The notes beneath the pieces are model-generated. The model did not search any database, was not told where the DNA came from, and was given only the letters and a program-made list of their open reading frames with translations. DNA of 64,000 nucleotides from Vitrella brassicaformis CCMP3155. Lineage: Eukaryota > Protista > Chromerida. A program made the translations under genes and the position numbers. Location of the stretch: assembly GCA_001179505.1 (NCBI GenBank), contig CDMY01000385.1, positions 372,001 through 436,000 on the forward strand. Direction: 5' to 3'. Numbering within the stretch: the first letter of the stretch is position 1; each line of letters starts with the position of its first letter. Below, in pieces: positions 23,527 to 35,610 of this stretch.

Positions 23527-24635
23527 ATGCATCTGGCGATGATGATGCGACGCATCTCCAGCAGCTTCGCAGCCGCTTGTCACTATGGCCGTACATCAGC
23601 ACCATCTCCATTCCGCATCTCAGCACCGCCCTTCCGCTTCCTGTCCACAGTCGCTGCCAAGCCTCTCCTCCGCCATCGTGAGGCTGCTGGATGCCTGTCG
23701 CTGGTCAATCAAGACAGGCGACCCCTGACGACCCCTCAAATCGCCGGCCTCATCGATGGAGAGGGATGCTTTTGGCTGTACAGGGGCGTCTACCCAAGGT
23801 TCAGCCTTCTAGAGCATCTGCAACAGTCCCTGGGTGTTGGCAACCTCTACTCGCATATGGGTGCCAACCTTATTGCCTACGAGATTCAACTGAAAGAGCA
23901 GTGTCGTCGGCTGGTTGAGGTGTGTGACGCCTTCCCGCCACTGACGGTGAAGGGCCACGACTACGCCAAATGGAGGGAGGTCGTTCTCCGCCAGCACAAG
24001 AAAGGGGTGGCTGCAAGTCGCCACGAGTGCCTTGGCATTGCTGAGGAGATGAATCGTGGCCGCCCACATGGTGCTTCGACTGGCCTGGAGCTCTTCCATG
24101 ACAGCAGCAGCATCAGGGAAGACGAGCTTCTGCAGTGGCTGTCGGGCTTCATCACAGGAGAGGGCTTCCAGTGCCGCAAACTTTTGTGAGATTTGAAATC
24201 GAGCAACATCCAGCAAGCGCAAGACTGATGTGCTTCATTCGCGACTTCTTCGATGTCGGCCATGTGTACCGAAAGAAAAACGCCACGGCTTGGAACGTCT
24301 TCAAGCGAGATGACGAGAGGAGGCTGATCTCCCTCTTGTCCGACTGGCCCCCCTTTGGCTGCAAGCTGATCGACTTCATTCGCTGGCGCAGCTTCATTGA
24401 AGACAGTGACGAAGCCAGAAAGATGCACGGCAGCAGGTGGAAACATCACTTCGATTGGCAGCCGTACGACCCAGCTGAGTCCCACCTTGCCTGGTACACG
24501 TGCAAGTATACCCACTTTCGATCAGATGTGCAGAGAGACAAACTCAGGCAATACCTGGCGGAGGGGCGGAAGCGAATCAGAGAGGAACGCAAGAGAGAGA
24601 TGCATGGTGCGGATGGACCACAGGGCACTGAGTGA
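23527..24635 (+). CDS. Double-motif LAGLIDADG homing-endonuclease-like protein with mitochondrial-type leader; frameshift near 24165-24190 (possible pseudogene)
   Basis: Motif 1 IAGLIDGEG (23740-23766) and motif 2 LSGFITGEG (24139-24165). Domain hallmarks LEHLQQSLGVGNLY, PLTVKGHDYAKWREV, then in the -1 frame RFEIEQH...IRDFFDVGHVY...KLIDFIRW. ATG is in GCCACCATG context. No introns seen. Confidence 0.85.
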
Positions 24636-25540
24636 TGTATACGTGCGTGTAATGCTGGTCGACCAAAACACACTTCCACGAGACAGATTGCTTTCAGTCA
24701 TCTCATACTTATATCCGCACGCTCCTCTGCTCTCACCATCTGTTTCTTTCACATTCGGTCAAGCTGGTGTCCGATTTCATCCAATGCATTTGGCATCCAT
24801 CACTTCATCAGACAAGCAACAGCCATCACGAGCAAGGCTCGTTTTGCGAACAGGTGCGTGTTGACAAAGGCGGCGCAGGGAGCCTAACGTCCATGACCAT
24901 GCTTTCCCTGGTCCACAAGCAAGCACGTCATCCCGCTTTGGACCCCACTTCTTTCTCAACTACGCACTCTGCCCGTCTGTCTGGCTTTCTACCCTCCTCC
25001 CAGGCTGGTGCGCACCTCATCGCGCCACGTCAGCGAGGGGGAGTCATCAAACCACCACAGAATCCTTCCCATTCCCGCAGGCACTCACACACACACACAC
25101 ACACACACACACATGAAGATGGACATAGATACCCGACACACAACACAACACAGCAACGAAGCCAGTCGTAGCACCACACAACAAAAATACGCAGGGCGGA
25201 ATGCACGACACATCTCTGTTGTCCCTCTCTGCTGGCTGCAGCTTCAAGGCAGTCGGACACTCACGCACCGCACACCGAGATAGAAAGATGGACCAAAGCA
25301 GCAGGCACGCACACTCACCTCCCTCATGTAATCATGTAGCCATGCATTCCTCCCTCATCAGCAACACAGGCAGGCACGTCCACATCCATACGTGACACAC
25401 ACGTCATCATACATCCACACACACACACACACACACACAAGGTCAACACACATCAGCCAGTCACTTAACCAACCATGCGAGCCGATGCCGGCTGCCTCTC
25501 TGCAATGCAATCGATGAGAGGCCGGCAAAGACGGCAGCCG

Positions 25541-28500
25541 CTACCTCGGCCCAAAGTAGAAGTCCATCAGGTCGTCCTCATCATAGTCCTCCTCGTCCAG
25601 CTCGTCCTCCCACGACCCCCCACTCGCCCCATCGCCGCCTATCATGTCGTCATCGTCAACCCCCGCGTCAGACACGCCGCCATACGGGTACGGCGCGCCA
25701 TACGGGTACGCTGACCAGCCGGTACCGTACATTGACATTGGTGGTATCCCCACCTCACCGGCGTACATTGCCCATGGCGGCGGATCAATCCCGCGCTCAC
25801 CAGGCGCTCGCGGGAGGCTGCTCTCGAAGGCAATCGCCGCTTCGTGTGCCAGCCCCAGCTCACGGGTGAGGTACATCCTGATGGCCGAGACCACACCCGT
25901 GTGTGCCATTTGCTGTGCAGCAGCAGCAACAGCAGCAGGGGTCAGCTTAGGCGGCTCCTGGGTCTTGCCGTGCTGGGCGATGTGGTAGAGAGTCGTACCC
26001 TCCCGGATGGCGAAGAGATGGCCGAGCGGGAGTGAGAATGACGCCACGTGGCAAAAGGGAGAGGCATCCAACCGGAAATCTGAAGAATTATGCACACCAG
26101 AATGAATGAGCAGGTGAACGCTGGCATGAGCGTTTCTTTTGTGTGAGTCAGTCACCTTGGTGCGAGCCTGGGAACAAGCCAGCGTCCTTGTACTCGCCCT
26201 GGCTGGAAGCCAGGAGATCCACATACGCCAGCAGGCGGCCCTTCGACTTGCCCTGCGTCAATACAGCCACAGAAGAGGCGCGGTGCAAACGCATCCATGC
26301 ATGTTTGACTCTGCTTGCGCCGGCGACCTACCAGCCCTGTGAGAGGGTCTTGGTCGCCCTTGGCCTCAGACTGAGGCCGCTGCGGCTGCTGCTGCGGGTC
26401 GGGCGCAGGGGTGTCCGTGGGGTTGCCATCGTCATCATATTTCATGCTGCAGGACTTCTCATGCTCGCGACTCATCAAGCCACCACGCTGCAGTCGCCAC
26501 GGATACACAAACCACGGCTCACATGTGGCGCCTCACAAACTACCACCTCCCCGTCCAGCTTCCATACATCCTCACTACTCACCGCGATGGCCTCCAGCGA
26601 GACGGGGATGTGCCGGATAGCTGAAGGCATATAGTCGTTTAGCAGCGAATAGCTGAAACAGGGAAGAACCCCGCTACGCAGCAGCAGCCAAGGCTCCCGC
26701 GCGCCCCGACAAAGCAGGTTCTCTCTCTCTATCCTGAGTGCCGACCGCTCGGCAGCCGACGCCGCGGGACCGACGCGAAGCTCCGGGAAGAAATACACGC
26801 GGCTGTGGCTCATCTGGAAGGGATGGAAGACGCCATCATATCGCCACTTGCACTCCTTCGGTGGACGCGAGAAGCCGTTCCACAAGGTGGGGAACCCGGC
26901 GAGGGCCAGCGAGTGGGCTGAGTGGCCCACCCACAGGCCGAATGACGGAGAGGGTTGCAATGAAGGTACGGGGCGACGATTCGGAGGTCCGAAGCCCGGA
27001 GGCCCCAAAAAGCCGGGCGGCAGGCCTCCGACGCCAGGGAAAGTGGGAGGCGGGCTGTGGGGGCCGTCGTCATGGCGAGTGGCCTGGGAAGCCGGGCCGA
27101 CGGCCTCTGGCGTCATTCGCACCTCCGTGCCGAGTCTGCTGTCCAGCCGCACCTCAGTGCCGCTCATGTAGTGCACCACGCGGAACCGGAGCACTTCCTG
27201 CCGGCGCCAGGCGATGGTATCATCGCCACAGCCGACCTTGGGAGCAATCATGCCCGCAATGCTCTTGGGGGGCCGCGACCGAGAGAGCGCGACAACGGTG
27301 TCCCCACGGCGTGGGTCACGCTCGAGCAACCCTGGAATCGAAACAGACGTACCAGAGGCCACAGATACATTCAGAGGGCATTGGATCCCTCTGCCGGAGA
27401 AATGCTATCTCACCTGGTATGTTCGGGGAGTATTCTGGATATCTGTCCGCCGTGTACGCACCTCCTAATTCGGTCTCCGTGGCACGCGCGATCATTCTCA
27501 CGTTGGTGAGGGTCGCCCCCAATCTCTCGGATAGGCGCAGCAGCACGCCGACGAATGGCGACCCTGCGCTCACGAAGAAGGACACCTCAGGATGCCAGAA
27601 GGGGACGTTGCTCCCAATCTCCTCATCGGCGACCTTCGTGGGCGGCGGCTCCTTGGTGGGGTCAACCACTGATGTGGTCAGCCGCTTGCCGTCCGGTGTG
27701 AAGGTCTCCAGCCAGATGGCTGTCGGCAAGGGGTCGGGCGGCTCGCGATGGTCATGCGCCTGAATGGCAAGGGAGGGCATCGACGCCTGACTTGGCGGGG
27801 GCGGGGTGGGGACCCACGCCTGTGCGGGAGAGGTTCGTGAAGCCCTTCGTCTCTGCCTGCCTCTCCCTCGACCCCTCCCCCGCGAAGGAGGGGCAGAGGA
27901 CGGAGCGGCTGCTGCTGCTGCTGCTGGTGGAGGTGGGTGGCCCTTCTGGATGAGTTTGGGCGGCGGGGGAGGTGGGGGAAGTGGGATCCACTGGGGCTTC
28001 CTCCAGGGTTGAGTGAACCGAACCAGCACGACACTGCCGTCCACGCCAGCTTTCGTCGGGACCAGCAGCGCCGCGGGGGACAGCCTCTCGAATGAAGAGC
28101 CATCAAAGATTACCACCTCACCCTTGATTGCATCCACAGGCTCGTCCGGTCGCTGACGACTGACACCCTCGCGGGCTGCGCGGCGTGCCTCGTACAGCGC
28201 GCGGTCCGCCTCGTATGCGGCGCCGACGTCGAGCGGCGGCACCGGGCCCTCACCCCCTCGTGCAGCGCCCTCATTTAAAGGAGGACTCTTCTTCGGAAGG
28301 CGCGCCGCATGCGAGTTGCAGAAGAACGCCCTGGAGACCACACAGACACGAACAGCAAGGATTGAGTACTCTTTCCGTGCTGGTCGGTGTCTGTGTGTCT
28401 TGACATACATACCTGCCGTGTGCCACGAACATAGTGGTGGGGAAGAAGGACAGTCTGCCACAGGGCTTCCACTCGTCCGTATGGGCGTCGTAGCGCGAGA

Positions 28501-29467
28501 CGAAAGCCTCTGGCGCCTGGACGTTGAAGGCAGAGACGCAGTAGAGGCAGCCGTGGAGGACGAAGCCATTGCCCTCCTCACGCACCCTCGGGGGCATTCC
28601 CTCAGACATCCTGCCTGGCAAAGGGCCTGCACACAAGACAACACATGCAGTGACTGACTCACAGACATCGACCCGCCAGATAGATCTTGCCTCACGTGAT
28701 GGTGTCGGCTGTGGCGTGAATGAAGGAAGCAGCCGCACACGCGTCTTCTTGACCCTTTGCTCCGTCTCACGATCGGCCACCGAGAAGTGCTTCCTGTGCC
28801 ACTCCGCGAAGAGGGATGACAGGCCCTTCGGCAGGTCACCCCAGCACCGCTCCGACGGGGTGCCCAGGAAGAGGACACTTGTGCCGCTGTCCCAGAAGAA
28901 GTCGCGCAGGCTGCCCGCACACCACTGCTCCGCCGCGGTGAGCAGGAGGGAGGGGAGGAGGGCGGATGGGGGAGGGGCGGAGGGCTCGTCCATGAGTGGC
29001 TGCAGGCCGCACCCCTTGGCAGTGTTGACGAGCCACCTCTCGACACCGTCCCACACGCCCTTGGCTGCCTCGCCATCAGCTCCCTGCAACGCAGATAGCA
29101 CGCGGACCAGGAAGCCGAACCCCAGTGCCGATGACGCCTCGTGGACGACGGCACACGTCACGCCGCCGACTTGGATGAAGGCATTCGAGCTGGATCCGTG
29201 CATTCGGCCCTCGTAAGCTGTGAGGATGTGGTCGAGAGGGGAGCCTCTGAAGAGCTGGAAGGTGGCTGCCGGAATGGCGACGTGGACGCCACGGGGAGAA
29301 GCAGATCCGTCGATAGGCGCCTCCTGCTCCATGAAGAAGACATTGACAGATCCGTCATCGCCGACGAAGGGTCCCTCGATGTCGCATGAGCTGGCTAAGT
29401 GGAACTCCTCTCGGAACGAGGGGTCGAGGGGTGAAGCAGATGACGACGCTGCTGCTGCCGCTGCCAT
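25541..29467 (-). CDS. Large hypothetical protein, multi-exon, with a Kelch-like repeat and an acidic C-terminus
   Basis: Consecutive long minus-strand ORFs (398, 612, 295 and 227 aa frames) can be joined by GT-AG introns. FVLHGCLYCVSAF...VSRYDAHTDEW resembles one Kelch blade. Ends WEDELDEEDYDEDDLMDFYFGPR. Confidence 0.6.
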
Positions 29468-29897
29468 ACTGAAACTTCTTTAGCCTCTCTTTTTTGCGAG
29501 GTCGTGTTTGGCCAATTTGGCTGGGAGGTTGACATCAGTGCCGGGTGGTGAGTTAAGGAAGGAGAAAATGCGTTCCTCGCCACCTTTACCTGATGCATGT
29601 TTGCGCCGAATAGGTTTGCGCCATGCATACGTCGTCGAGGCATTCATTATTCAACTGTGGTACACACACAGTCCGACCGGCTGTGTCTGAGTCTATTCAC
29701 TGGTACATCGGTACAACAGAAAGACGTTCTCTACCACTGCCACACCACTGTAGCTTTCTTGATGGGCGAATTCTAGAGGTAGCTTTCTCGGCTTCACCTC
29801 CCTCTCTGACAGCCAGCCAGATAGCCTTGCTCTCAGGCACTTACTTAGGCAGGCAACCACCCACCCACACCCACACCCACCATCACGAACATTCCCA

Positions 29898-32800
29898 TCA
29901 CGCAGCGGTGTCAGCATGTCCACCACCGGAGGGAATCGTCAGCTCATCCGCATGCCCACGCTCATGCTCATGCACCGCCGCCCCATCACACAAACCCACA
30001 CCACCTGTTTGCGCAAACAGATCCGTTGTTGGGGGGGCTGGCGGTGGGTGCGGGTGGCTGCCCTTGCCGGCCTTTCTCGTGCGCTCCCTAGCAGCTGCCT
30101 TGCCTTTGGCACGGCTGGTCTTGGGCCTCGCCGACGGCTGGCCCACAGCGATGCCTCCGACGGCTGGCGGCGCTGCCGACAGCGGGGGGAGGGGCTGCAT
30201 GGGATTGAGGGGACATGAGAGCGGCGGGATGAGGGAGAAGGGGCTGGGCGAGTCGTCACCGACGAGGGCAGCAGATGATGTGGACACCGGCACCATCCCA
30301 GTGGGGCTTGTGTGGTATGGGGTTCCCCCTGACGCGTCGGATGAGATCGGGAGGAAGGGAGGGGGCAGCGGGTGCACCGGGGGATTGGGAAGAGCACCCG
30401 ACGACTCGGGAGAGTCCGGTCCTTGTGGCTGCTTTCCATCCGCTGGCACGGTGGGGTCTATGCCCGCAGCTGCAGCCGTCTCCTGGTCTTGCTGACGCTC
30501 CTCTGATGCATTCGGCTTGTCCTTGTCGCCCGACCGCCTGGCTCGCTTGGACGCGGGACGTGGCTCATCGTCACTCGATCGCCCCCGCACCGCCCCTGCT
30601 GCGCGTGAGGACTCCGGCTCCTCCTCTGGCGGCCAAGTGGACGCCTCAGCGATCGTCCAGATGCCCAGCTCGTGGTAGGCGATGTTGCGATGCATGACAG
30701 CCTGCTCAAATTGGCCCCTCAGACAGCCGTAGGTCCAATGGTCGATTCCGAACTCCGCCCGCCTCACGCCCTTCTGGTGCTCGATGTCCACCCGCCACCC
30801 ATACTGACAATGGGCGTCACAGCGGGAGACGAACCGGATGTGCAGGCGCAGGGGGGCCGGGGGGGTGTTGGCCACGACCAAACCAGCCGCTAACTGCACC
30901 AGCCGGCCCTCGGGCAGCGGCTGGTCGGTGGCCGTGGCAGAGGGACGGTCGGCTGGATGTTTGAGAAACTGGGGCTTGAGAAGGACCCGCGTGTCGATGG
31001 AATGCTGCTGCTGTGGGGAGCCAGGGGCGCGGGGTGGGCCAGACGCAACCACGGGCAGCCGTGGAAGGACTGAAAACAAACATGCAATGGCGCACATATG
31101 CATTGGCTGGGTTTCCATTCTGACCTGGCGGAGCGGGACGGCCAACTTGAAAAGGTGGCTTCGGAAGCGAGCCGTCATGGACCGGCCCACATGCACCAGC
31201 GCCGTCTGTGTCTGCAGTGCAGACGACACAAGGCAGTGTCGTCCCCATGCATTCGTGCCTCGATACCTCGGTCAGGCAAGGCACCGGCTTCGTGCTCGCG
31301 AGACGGCAATGGAGCAAAGGGATCCTGAAAGACGGAACAGAACACCCATAAATCACTTTCTCCGCGTCTGTCTGCCTGCGTCATGTCACGCCCGCCCTTT
31401 TCCTTTCTTACCGGACTCGGTGGTGCATTGTCGACAGCTGTGGTGCCGTTCTCGCCGGGGGCCTGCCTGTCTCTCGCGTCGGCCTCCTTGCGTTTGATGG
31501 CCTCGAGGATCTGATTCATGGGCTTGCCGCGACCTGGTGTTGATCCGCCTCGCGCACCCGGGCTGGTGCCCTGCTGACTCAGCTGGTCCATCGCACCAAC
31601 GGCCTCTGCGACCGATGCTGGCGACGGGTCGGCTGCCGCAGACATGGCATCGCCCGCCTGATCTGCTGCCTCTGGAGCCGCTGAAGGCACCACTCGCTGC
31701 TTCTTTCCGCTCTGGCCTCTGCTCGACCGCGCCTTGGAAGCCTTCCGCTTCTTCTGCTGTTTCTCTGTCGGCGAGCTGTCGGATCCCACCCCCAGCAAGC
31801 CGGCCGCCTCCTCCCTTGCCTGCGGTCCCACCTGGCTGGGGTCGACATCTGAGGCCTGGAAGGTGATGAAGCGGCCCTTGCTGTCACGCAGCGGCCGCCT
31901 GGACGGCGAGCGGGGAGGCGGGTCCCCATCACCACCACCCCTCTTGCGGCTTCTGGCCCTGGAATCGGACCTGCCGCAACTCGGGCTGGTCTCCCTCTTC
32001 CTGCTCGGTCGGTGGTCCTGTTGCTGCTCCTCCTTGACAGCTGGTATCTGCTCCTTCTGCTCAGGGGGTGCTCCCATCACGCTGCCGAAAGGATTGTTCA
32101 TGGGGCGAGAGATGAAGGGAAACCTGAAGGGGTTGAAGGGTGGCATGCCGCGGAGCCACAGTGGTGGGAAGAGAGGGGGCAGCGGGGGATAGCGTATCAG
32201 GGGGGAAGTCGATGGCCTCGGCGGAGGAGGTGCTTTCAGAAGGGGCGAGGGGCGCCTCGGTGCAAGGGGCGGGCGCTGCAGCTTCAGGTTGGGGTTTGGG
32301 GGTGATTTGGGGGCAGCAGGGGGCGGGACCGGCGGCGGGGCTGAGGCCTGCTCTTCTTTGCGCCTCCTGCCGCGCGTCTCGATGGGCTCCATGGGCGGCA
32401 CGATGTAGAGCTTCTTGGGTCGCCGGACGGATGAGGTGGCCTTGGAGGGCGCCAGGGCTGCGGGTGCTGGTGCAGTGGAAGCCACCTCAGCTGGCTCAGC
32501 AGTGCCAATCTCAACAGAGGGCTGGTCACGATCTTGCTCGTCCTCCCGGAATGGCTCCTGCAGGGCAGGGCAGGGCACGCACACACTGACTGCTGTGTCT
32601 GTCGCCTGTGCGCTCGTCTGTGCGGTGCGTGCATCGACCCACCCACCCTCCCTCCCACCTGTGTGCTGATGATGGTCTTGCCTTTCTCTACAGGCGTCTG
32701 ATCGGGGTCCTTGCTCGAGGGGGTCTGCTCGTCATCTGCTGGCCGGCCTGATGCCGCATCGCTCGACGGACGCGCCACGTCGGCCCTGCCGTCCGGCTGG

Positions 32801-35610
32801 CTCGGTGAGGTCTTGGCCTTCACGGGGATGAAAAGGCCGGGGAAGTGTCTCTGGAGGGTGGAGTTGAGGAGTGCCTGCTCGGGCGGCATCTGGCGGCTGT
32901 CCGTGACGGCCTCGAAGGGCATGTCCTGGTGTCGCTTGCCCCGCTCCCTCCTTGGCTGAGGGCTCTCGTCCTGCCCCGTCCGCTGCAGCTGCACCCTCTC
33001 ACCCCTCTCGCGCCTGGAGCCGCTCATGTGTTTGAGGAACTCCAGCTCCATGTCTTTCACGCCACCCCCGCCCGCAGCCTTCTTGCCATCGGTCGCCTTG
33101 GCAGCCATGCCGGTCTTGTTGCCACTGGCCGCCCCTCTTGTCCTGGCCCCCATGCCCACTCCCAATCCGCTGAACGGTGATGCGCCGTGATCCTCGCAAC
33201 GCCACTCGTCATCGGCTTCCTCTCTGCCGTACGGCCGTCGTGCCAGCGGGCTGTCGAGCTCCGATGCATCCTGCTGCACCGTCCCTGGGTCGTCTGACTC
33301 GTTGTCCTCGTCTGACGGCAGCTTGTCTGGGGAGGGGTCGGGCTTGGCCTTGTCAGTGGGGGCTTGGCGATCCCGTCTCGCCGCAGTGGGGCCGATGCCG
33401 AGCTCCATCTCCTTCTTGCGTCTGGCCTTCATGGCCCGCTGGACACGGCGGTCGCGCAGGCGCTGGTCCTCCGCCTCGGCGTGGAAGCCGAAGTCAAGAA
33501 TCAAACCCAACTCGACAGGCAGGCCGCGGGATCGCCATTCCTCGGCAATGGCCTGCCTGCGGTCACGCTCCTTCTTCTGCGCGCGGCGCTCACGCTCAGT
33601 CATGCCGGCAGCTCCCCCCTTGCCGCCCTTCTTCTTGGCCGCTGCTGCCTTCTTCTTGGATCGGCCCGCATCGGGTGAGCCGCCCATCAGACGCTCCGAC
33701 ATGGCACGTGCGAACAGCTTGGCCTCCAGCTCGACCGGGCTCCTCTGGGCGTACTCGTCACGCAGTCGCACCAGTTGCCGTGCTGCCTTCTCCTGCCGAC
33801 GGCCATCATCTGGGGTCGGCTGCTGTTGCCTCTCGTGCTCGGGCGTCTTGACGCCGAACGAGGGGCCGAATATGCCCTCAGCGACCTGCTGGGTGGCGGG
33901 ATCGAAAAACCCTGGTGCACAGGGGTTCAACACAGGTGCCGACAGAGACACAGGAGGGGGCCGCGAACCCGGCATGAGGGCGAAGAAGGTTTGCGGGGGC
34001 TGGTCAGCACCCTGTGTGGGCAGGCCATCAGCGGTGGGGGGCACGTCTGCCGAGGGGATGGGTGAGAAAGGGGGAGCGGGGATGAATGACGGAGGGGCAG
34101 AGCGGTCGGCAAGAGGGCTGAAGTCATCCTTGCTGGACTCGTCGCCCAGCCATGAGCGCGTGCTCTGGTCGGTGAGCTTGCTGATGGACTTGAGGGGGAA
34201 GCAGTCGTCCTGAGACTCCTTCCTCACAGGCTCACACGCATCTCTCAAACTGACGAGAAAAACCGACACAATGCGTTGAGATGTGTTCGACACTCCCATC
34301 TATGTGTTGCTCACGTAAGCAATGCCATGGCGGCCTCGTCAACGGTGGTCCTCTCCCCCAACTCATGCTCCTCCTCATCTTGCCCCACACAGAGCGACGC
34401 AGGTGCACCAAACGCCCGCAGCCACGCCTTGCGGTGCCTGAAGTGTCGGATGGGCCTGTGGTAGAGCAGGATGGGGGGAATGGCATCGGTGCGACGACTG
34501 GTCTCCCGGGGCGGTGGCGATGGCTCTGACGGGCGAGTTGAGCTGGCCCCCTTCCTCGACGTCAGCCGGGGGCCGGTGCGCTTCCTGATCGGTGCACAAA
34601 CAGGAAAGGAAACCATCCAGTGCTCGTTTCTAGCTGTGTCTGCGTGTCGTGTCGTCGCACCTCAGGCACATGCCGGCATCTTGCAGTCCCTCCCAGACCG
34701 CCGGCATCGCGCCAGGGAGGTACTTGCCGCCGCCCGCCGCCCTATAGTACTCCTTGAGCTGCTTGTGGTCCGTGGCTGTGGGGTGCGGCTCGCGAATAAT
34801 GCGCTTCCCGAACTCGGGATCGTCCAGATTATGGGATGTTAGCCGCCCCCGCCGACCCGCCCAGCCATGAGTCATGCCCGGCCGCTTCCCTCCTGCGTCG
34901 TCCTCTGGCTCGGGCCGCGATGAGGGCGTCGTCTGACCTGAGAACCCCCATGGCTGATCCGATAGCTGTGGTCCGTCTGCTGAGGGGGTCTCTTGGCCTT
35001 CTGGGGTCCCCTCTGGCCGTGGCCTGGGTCTCAGGACTGGCCGAGATGTGTTGGAGGGCGCCACGGACGCCGGTCTCTGCGGGGGTGAGAAGACTGGCAC
35101 TCCGAAGGCGATCGAAGAAGATGGCGGGGCGTTGCGCCACCTGTCCATCCAGACCTCGATGGGCGATGCCGCCGCCACGGTCGAGCTAGGGTGCTGCTGG
35201 AGGATCATGGCAGCCGCCGACATCTGAGGAGCAGCCGCCGACCCCTGCTGGGGGTGAATCCCATCGACAGACGCCTCCTTCTCTCCTCCCCGCGACCCTC
35301 CCGCGCCATCGCCATGAACATGCCGTTCCTCCTTGTCGCCAGCGACGCTCCCCTCCGCTGGTGACTGCCCCCTGTAAGCGGCCGTTGCATGCTTGCGCTC
35401 CATGGGTGTGTTTTTGCCGCTGGATGACGGGCTGGGCATCTGTGCCTTGACGGATGACGGCTGCCGGCTGATGATCCCTGGCTGGGACGAGTAGGCAGGG
35501 CCGCCAGAGGGGCGACGGCTGGGACGGAGAGGTGCCTGGGAGGCTGGGTTAGGGGCGGCAGCAGCAGGTTCTGCAGGAACAATATCTTGCTCCACGGCCT
35601 GCTGTGACAT
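29898..35610 (-). CDS. Very large low-complexity protein with one divergent AP2-like DNA-binding domain (ApiAP2-like), multi-exon
   Basis: ORFs 34630-35616, 34311-34616, 32284-34299, 31175-32584 and 29898-31229 join via GT-AG introns. They carry NLS-like basic clusters and HIRFVS...GWRVDIEHQKGVRRAEFGIDHWTYG...FEQAVMHRN at about 30684-30842. Coding status is solid; the AP2 call is less so. Confidence 0.6.

Noticed and set aside
23315-23626. N-terminal extension of TMEM42 overlapping the LAGLIDADG start
   Set aside because: The extension is not TMEM42-like and opens at a non-supported start. The family-like sequence begins at the Met at 23314.
24171-24190. A 20-nt GT...AG segment whose removal would restore the LAGLIDADG reading frame (GEGFQ-FEIEQH)
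   Set aside because: It is far shorter than the other introns inferred here and would delete needed beta-strand residues. Only cDNA could rescue the idea.
24155-24195. Programmed -1 ribosomal frameshift in the LAGLIDADG ORF
   Set aside because: No X XXY YYZ slippery heptamer lies in the correct frame, and no downstream stimulatory structure was evident.
24760-25470. Possible extra gene or mobile-element end downstream of the LAGLIDADG ORF
   Set aside because: Only short ORFs with stops were found, with no terminal repeats, target-site duplication or group I intron core elements.
28660-28692. Kelch-like GKIYLAG in an alternative minus-strand frame
   Set aside because: An in-frame stop lies immediately upstream and no splice combination tried placed it in the reading frame.
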